Below, piece after piece: positions 52,701 through 56,168 of a stretch of DNA of 56,168 nucleotides. This DNA is from a virus (taxonomy: Duplodnaviria; Caudoviricetes), in IMG/VR virus record IMGVR_UViG_3300032295_002548, positions 1 to 56,168 of that record. One strand, given 5' to 3'. The translations under genes and the position numbers were made by a program. Numbering within the stretch: the stretch's first letter is position 1; each line of letters starts with the position of its first letter. The notes below the pieces were generated by a model. That model had not been told where the DNA came from and did no database searches. It saw nothing but the letters and a program-made list of their open reading frames with translations.

Positions 52701-53870
52701 GATGGGTAGTTCCGGAGCGCGAAGGGGGATGGTCTCGCCAGAAGGAATGTCGGTACGAATCGTACCCTCCGGGAGAACCGGCGCTTCGGGCAGCGGCAAC
52801 GGGGCGCGGGGCACCGGCATTTCCACGGCCGCGCCTTTTGGCTGAACCGGCGCTTCGGGCAGCGGCAACGGGGCGCGAGGCGCCGGCGCTTCCGCAACGG
52901 CTCCCGGCAACTCCAAAGGCCGGCGAACCCCCAGCTCCATCTCGCTGAGGGTTTGCGCCATCCCCGTGGTCTCGGCCTCCGACATGACTGACCGGACATT
53001 ATCTTTGATCTGATTCCAGTCGGCATCAGAGACCACCGTTGTCCGCGCAGCCCGGGGCTTGATCGGGGTCGCCGCCCCCTTGACGTCGAGGGCAGTTGCC
53101 GCCGTGCCCAACGCCGTCAGCAGGCCGGCACCCACCGCCGCACCCACCGTGCCGGGCGTCGGGTTCTCAATGGCTGCCGCTATGGCTTCATTGGTGGCCT
53201 GAATGGCTGGAGCCGTACCGGCGGCATTAACTGCAGCACCCACCCCGTGGATGGTTCGGGCGGTACCAGAGGACACCTTACCCGCCTGCGCCAACGTAGT
53301 AGCTTTGGCAGCAGCACCGGAGAGGCCGAAGCCGGCGATGTTGATGGGATTAGCCATCTGCTCCAAGACGGACTTGGCGAACAGATCAACCGCCGCGAGA
53401 TTGGCAGTTCCAGTACCCGGGGGCGCTTCCATCAGCGCCTTGTCCGCCTCTTCCCGTATCTTGGTTACAAAGCCAACCGGCGCGTTGGCCCAGTCCCATA
53501 CCGGCGCGACGACAGGCGAGACGACATCCACGACCTTCTCCGCGCCCAGCCCCATGAACTTCTCAACCGCGTCAGGCACCACCGCACCAATGGCAAGACC
53601 AGCCTTCTCGACCATGGTCGGCGGCTTGATCGGGACGAACATGTAGTCCTTGCCCACAAACCCACCTTTGGGGAGGGGTACGAACTGCGCGTCGGAGGGC
53701 TCCTCGTCCGGCCCAACTTCCGGGGGCGGGACACCCTCCAGCATGCTTAGCTCTTCCTCGGTGTAGGCTTGAAGAGGGTCTCTGGATCCCGGAGGGACGA
53801 ACAGGGGGCCACCTACGGGGGGCAAAGGCACGCCCTCCATAGCCTTCAGCTCTTCTTGGGTGTAAGCCAT
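46716..53870 (-). CDS. Very large internal virion (ejection) protein, polyvalent-like
   Basis: 2384 aa; last of three consecutive internal-protein-like genes; central NDLLRAVHDYYAH..GEE..W..H..ETRGQNS domain, hydrophobic segments, helical C-terminal half. Confidence 0.75.
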   Translation of the reverse strand: MAYTQEELKAMEGVPLPPVGGPLFVPPGSRDPLQAYTEEELSMLEGVPPPEVGPDEEPSDAQFVPLPKGGFVGKDYMFVPIKPPTMVEKAGLAIGAVVPDAVEKFMGLGAEKVVDVVSPVVAPVWDWANAPVGFVTKIREEADKALMEAPPGTGTANLAAVDLFAKSVLEQMANPINIAGFGLSGAAAKATTLAQAGKVSSGTARTIHGVGAAVNAAGTAPAIQATNEAIAAAIENPTPGTVGAAVGAGLLTALGTAATALDVKGAATPIKPRAARTTVVSDADWNQIKDNVRSVMSEAETTGMAQTLSEMELGVRRPLELPGAVAEAPAPRAPLPLPEAPVQPKGAAVEMPVPRAPLPLPEAPVLPEGTIRTDIPSGETIPLRAPELPIEAERRMAKAGEFNARVKRITNTFLEDGIQLKRWHAVELAKVTDPREYSLYRQTLLDIHTPRDPGAPAAPRQGLLKGFGELTPEMVGIQPAPEAAPVAPSKPKRRTLRAPKPEPTIYDSGLVDGQDNPILVNNEGIPVKLPKRKRTAVENEVHQKQLADDVQREKDIAAAEKTDQIKPDEAVIVSSPELPAPIPAKFVRKTRNGKSAVATQVGTVEVPNTTIVTEAEAAAKANPQKPIITKVKDSTIGGWDVQIGPNQYRIFRDPEDRWWYLDAVGHHSRRVLSTETKAAAIENLVTNEQNWIALIKAEEDTIKRIRLQLIRKVAQDRGIIPKTTEAKAPEIPASVAAEVTPMPGLDTEASLIEVALSAVPSTAKQSNIPGLAKLHKVSQTDPSAARLLSDIAADSITYLVQDIPSVKLIHYPAKGLYGGSLEGSIRLSLSFNAADRDTVMSALSRFAQNFFQEQIHVRGMADAGTKPGHKYPDGSSNTVVYSWKTKGMSRPDIEKLAKKSGLSGFTATENELLAYYTDDPSNAKAIERFKASGAKVSESLGRSVPRVERLWIYGEGGIPYPKVTGELPIAGTKFNHTARRIAARLAAREVQPVPQAAKLTAPQTKLQTKIADAYGRMRMNALKDDWKVDRSYSELADELMEQYEALPVKVEILSGKGEPYKNSMEMRSDVLGNNHLFIFGTDADTFGPKGVDYTDHPLLQDSGLKDINDKPLLFNDLLRAVHDYYAHTMSPVQFGVLGEEAAWRNHMAMTRSPWARWALSSETRGQNSYVNFGPDGARNRANPKDTKFAPQKTDLLPIEYAKTGDPLLDKQMDDIDKMPKPEYVREKGRRSMSKARRGAINLQLLHQFGQTALGGGIGFVYGYNKDPDASLADRVSLGMQFAVFGMAFGNPFLRNAVLNGIVNAKLPVRRLGMSKYFEVSDNWIVFPQSVIGKVYDVIKGQAPLAESYKDGAMRALKELELMRGKVATTDWHAAMDSLANRGDFDLILDEKLRVSAMKARQTVDDFTEQLIAAGLVEPGSDLEATMLRNQGKYLYRTYEVFTNPDFQYDPVLRDRAVAEYVKQQQLDKSTKTLDQLWQEGIELTLYQIAKAKGTTAMAPNARSFATGQGIARPDGSVLKPRKELSDAWRDMLGEITDPVRAGILTVDRMGNLLAAAKTRQKMADIGKQIGIFTPNATSTHTVPLTTPDGLGIYPGLDSTALSAYPGMTPKGADPLAKLWTTPEAADGLRTMAAYQSHSAPYRWLATVTGNMKLAKTVFHPVTYAPNFLSSLTQPIVQGHAVQMVMNPKIHRDAISVVFNTPFPSNVAKIERDIPVLIREGILRQGVNTQDMLETARASGATSLGNRIVTWLPPKAGKVVKGVAEGALSVYGKLEEFPRVISFYAEVGRYAKVLFGKSMDNLTPQEEAVVYQRAIAVTKEVYPNSQNVPEVVKKFSTLGVLEPFVAFKYETFRTFYTTMRRAVTEFQEAQQTGNKRFITSATVRLTSLIGTAYALYALNEAMNETKGVSGEQDKALRRRLPEWDRTGLLIVTDFDKDQVAYANQSYLFPQSTPVAAIKAALEGKTPVEAASAFMAETAGSMVSDGGLFFKPLAELVSGYNEYGRKIFPSEGGKFVDVSGIESAQVRNNATVGQNFVIGAAHLMKNLNPGSITEGMRWYKAAREEVGPDGQIYQVGDLANRLIGVRVQRIDLPLQFERQAGALFGRLNSIQTEFGRARNRKDATPDSIEQAYQMSEQGRKIIFRDLVEYLRDGEVLLQPKEKILANLRESGISSDFLLGALNGVYIPGKKEKAISARTTFEALMSMPQAERDRTWAQLIATDPTTAKSLIPMMKEAAMGRTEEERMLLSVNSSDGSRARMIAMISLSQPDPTLQNLKYRELVSRGMARGETSQWLFGDPTKATRIWAEARSLTAKGQMPEYLPVPEANSTPPTNPGASMRPPAGFVPINPPPPPPTPGQKTSFKEGRLYKDPTTGTIRMYRNGQFV

Positions 53871-53879
53871 GATGAGCTG

Positions 53880-55064
53880 TTACTGAGGGGACCGACGCTG
53901 CCAAAAACCTTGTAGTCCACCAACAGTTATCAGGTCTCCTGCCTTGATCTTACCGGCACGATAAGCTGCCTCGGCCTCTTGTTCGGTCTTGAAGGTCTTG
54001 GTGGCCGCCGGCGGCGGGGGAGCACCAGCGGCGGGCGTACCACCAGCAGAGGGCATACCGCCGAAACTGGGCATGCCGCCAGCGCCGGGCATATCCCCGC
54101 CACCGCCGCCAGCACCCATCGCGGTGTTCAACCCGGGAACCGTCCCGAACAAAGCGGGGTTGGGGACGTTGGAGTACATCAGGCGACCATACTGATCGGT
54201 CGTTGCTCGCAGGTTGATCGGCATGCCGGTCTGGTCGTCAACCCAGTCCTCACCGTCCCATGTGGCGGTGACCGTTCGGTCGTTGATCCGGTAGGTCTTC
54301 TTGGCTCCGTACGCAGGCTTAGAACCTGCAGCCCGCTTGGCCTCTGCCTCGGCATTTCGCCGCGCCCGCTCGGCGTCTTCGGCCGTCTGCTTCAGGCGTT
54401 CGATCTCCCCACGCTGGGTTATGACGTCCTGATTCTGGAACAGCTTAATGGACTCTTCCGCACCCAAGCCAAGCTCTTCGCCCTGTGCTACGGACTGGAT
54501 GAGCTGGTTATTTTTGAGCTGCTTGTACCGATCCGCCTGCTCGATGGTCATCGGCGCGCCCTCACGATCCATCGTCAGCAGGTCGCGGTACTCCTTGGTC
54601 ACCCCCCGCATGCGGTCGAACATCTGGGTCTGCTTCTGTCGGTCCAGCGTCGCCGCATCGGACGCCGCCTTGGCCGCCACAGCCTGTTCACGGAGGGCGT
54701 CGGTGTAGCCCCGCTGAGCCTTGGCCTGCTCCATCTCCCGGTTCATCTTGCCGGTGGTGATGGTCTGTTCGAGGAAGCCGCCCAGACGATTGGCATACTG
54801 CTTGGTGCTCTCGTCGTTGCTGCGCTTCATGAACGCCTCGACGTCCGCGGGGGTGAGCCCGAACTCCGCGGCCTTCGGCTTGATGAACGTGTTGATCGCG
54901 GCCTCGGTGACCTTGAGCTTGGTGCCGAAGTCCTTCTCCTCTTCCTGCCGACGATATCCCTCGTCGATGAACTGATTGACCGCACCCGCGATGCCGCGGG
55001 CACGATCCATCGTGCCTTGGTAAAGGATACGACCGGCTTCCCGGTTGGGTGCGACAAAGGCCAT
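53880..55064 (-). CDS. Internal virion protein candidate (394 aa)
   Basis: A/Q/E-rich helical protein with a G/P linker; lies upstream of the giant protein. Confidence 0.65.
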   Translation of the reverse strand: MAFVAPNREAGRILYQGTMDRARGIAGAVNQFIDEGYRRQEEEKDFGTKLKVTEAAINTFIKPKAAEFGLTPADVEAFMKRSNDESTKQYANRLGGFLEQTITTGKMNREMEQAKAQRGYTDALREQAVAAKAASDAATLDRQKQTQMFDRMRGVTKEYRDLLTMDREGAPMTIEQADRYKQLKNNQLIQSVAQGEELGLGAEESIKLFQNQDVITQRGEIERLKQTAEDAERARRNAEAEAKRAAGSKPAYGAKKTYRINDRTVTATWDGEDWVDDQTGMPINLRATTDQYGRLMYSNVPNPALFGTVPGLNTAMGAGGGGGDMPGAGGMPSFGGMPSAGGTPAAGAPPPPAATKTFKTEQEAEAAYRAGKIKAGDLITVGGLQGFWQRRSPQ

Positions 55065-55076
55065 GGTGAGTAAGGG

Positions 55077-56168
55077 TTAAGTGTCGCCACCGAGAAGATC
55101 GAAGATGTCCTTGATCCCCTTCGCGGTGCTTTGAATGCCGTTCTTCGTGAGGAACCCCGCGAAGGTTTGCAAGAACTGAGCTTCCTGTCCTTTGGACGCA
55201 GCCTCCTTGTAGGCCGCAAGGTTCTCCTTCGCAGCTTGATACTCGTTGTACGCGTTGACGTTGTAGTCGTAGACCGCGTTGCTGTACGAGCTGTAGGGGT
55301 TGAACGTGCCCGAGATCAAACTGGCGATGGGCTGGAAGAGGTTGCCGGTCTTCAGCTGAACCGCGTTAGCCACGTTCTGCATCGACTGCTGGTACGTGTT
55401 GCGCGCCTCCTGCTCACGCTGACGGCGGAGGCTATCGCGACCAAGGATCTCAGCACCAACCGCACCGGGGGCGAACGCTTGACCACGAGCGGCGTACGCC
55501 TCCCGGGCCGCCTGCTGAGCCGCACGCACGTCTTCAGCGGAAAGTTCACCTTGCTCAGCCGCACGCAGCGCAGCTAGGTCAGCCTGCAGGCGATCGGTCG
55601 CGGTGGCGGCGTAGCCCGTACCCGCCGGACCCATCAACTCCGCCGGAGCGAAGGCGTTGTACAGGTCCGTGTACATCTTCAGGATGGGCTCTTGCAGCTG
55701 CTTCAGAGCCCCCGACGAGGTCTCACCCTCCTTCAGGAAATCACGTACGATTAAGTTGTTCGCCGTAGGAAGAACGAACGTAGTCCCGGGAATAGTAGGC
55801 ATACCAGTAGTTGTTGAAGATCCGCCGCCACCGCCACCGCCGCCAGTGAAGATACTGCTGCCGCCGCCAGTGGATCCGCTATCGGTACCTCCCCCACCAC
55901 CGCCACCGCCAGCACCACCGCCCCCGCCGCCACCACCGCCACCACCGCCACCGCCAGCACCACCGCCCCCGCCGCCACCGCCGCTACCAGCCCCCCCGGT
56001 GCCGGCCCCAGCGGACCCAGTGCCAGTGCCAGTGGATCCTCCACCCGTAAAGACAGATCCCCCGGGAGTGGTGTTGCCTTCATTGGGGCTACCACCGCCA
56101 AAGATGTTGCCCGGGCCACGCAGCTGCTGGCCATTTGCGTCGGTACGGGTGCCAACGAAAATGCCTGC
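55077..56168 (-). CDS. C-terminal part of the Gly-rich internal virion protein (open to the right edge)
   Basis: The frame of the 241-aa ORF stays open to 56168 (AGIFVGTRTDANGQQLRGPGNIFGGG...poly-G...MPTIPG); the A/Q-rich C-terminus resembles pilot/ejection proteins. Confidence 0.8.
   Translation of the reverse strand, partial: AGIFVGTRTDANGQQLRGPGNIFGGGSPNEGNTTPGGSVFTGGGSTGTGTGSAGAGTGGAGSGGGGGGGGAGGGGGGGGGGGGGGAGGGGGGGGTDSGSTGGGSSIFTGGGGGGGGSSTTTGMPTIPGTTFVLPTANNLIVRDFLKEGETSSGALKQLQEPILKMYTDLYNAFAPAELMGPAGTGYAATATDRLQADLAALRAAEQGELSAEDVRAAQQAAREAYAARGQAFAPGAVGAEILGRDSLRRQREQEARNTYQQSMQNVANAVQLKTGNLFQPIASLISGTFNPYSSYSNAVYDYNVNAYNEYQAAKENLAAYKEAASKGQEAQFLQTFAGFLTKNGIQSTAKGIKDIFDLLGGDT

Noticed and set aside
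880-55402. Other CAACACGT/ACGTGTTG copies inside genes (e.g. near 5050, 27793, 29447, 41024)
   Set aside because: Explained by common codon pairs such as Asn-Thr and not positioned at start codons; they do show the 8-mer alone is not rare.
1-56168. Integrase, CI repressor, phage RNA polymerase, tRNA genes or host flanks
   Set aside because: None was recognised by eye; absence needs confirmation with HMM searches and tRNAscan-SE.

Overview
This window is a near-complete, GC-rich dsDNA tailed phage genome of podovirus-like architecture, opened inside a Gly-rich tandem repeat. One minus-strand gene runs off both ends and rejoins in frame. The minus strand carries the virion module: TerL, portal, scaffold, DUF5309-type capsid, adaptor and nozzle with inserted adhesion domains, fibres, holin, internal virion proteins including a 2384-aa protein, and LamG fibres. 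The plus strand carries small regulatory or basic proteins, a TerS candidate, a 1.3-kb non-coding control region, an early AAA+/DUF3150-like/metallopeptidase-vWA operon, and an APSE-like replication module (primase-helicase, DUF2800 nuclease, SSB, family A polymerase, VRR-NUC, SNF2 helicase) followed by a lysozyme-like enzyme. I found no integrase, CI repressor, RNA polymerase, tRNA or CRISPR-cas locus. The most striking content is RNA-level control of the early operon: (1) a twister ribozyme (23007-23090) and a type II hammerhead (24441-24492); (2) CAACACGT exactly 7 nt before five early start codons; (3) a ~70-nt candidate sRNA (about 27858-27929) whose exposed seed is the reverse complement of that motif; (4) an upstream 25-bp hairpin-repeat array carrying near-copies of the same site. 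A separate four-hairpin array covers the scaffold/capsid leader. All family assignments are from motif recognition by eye; no database searches were run.
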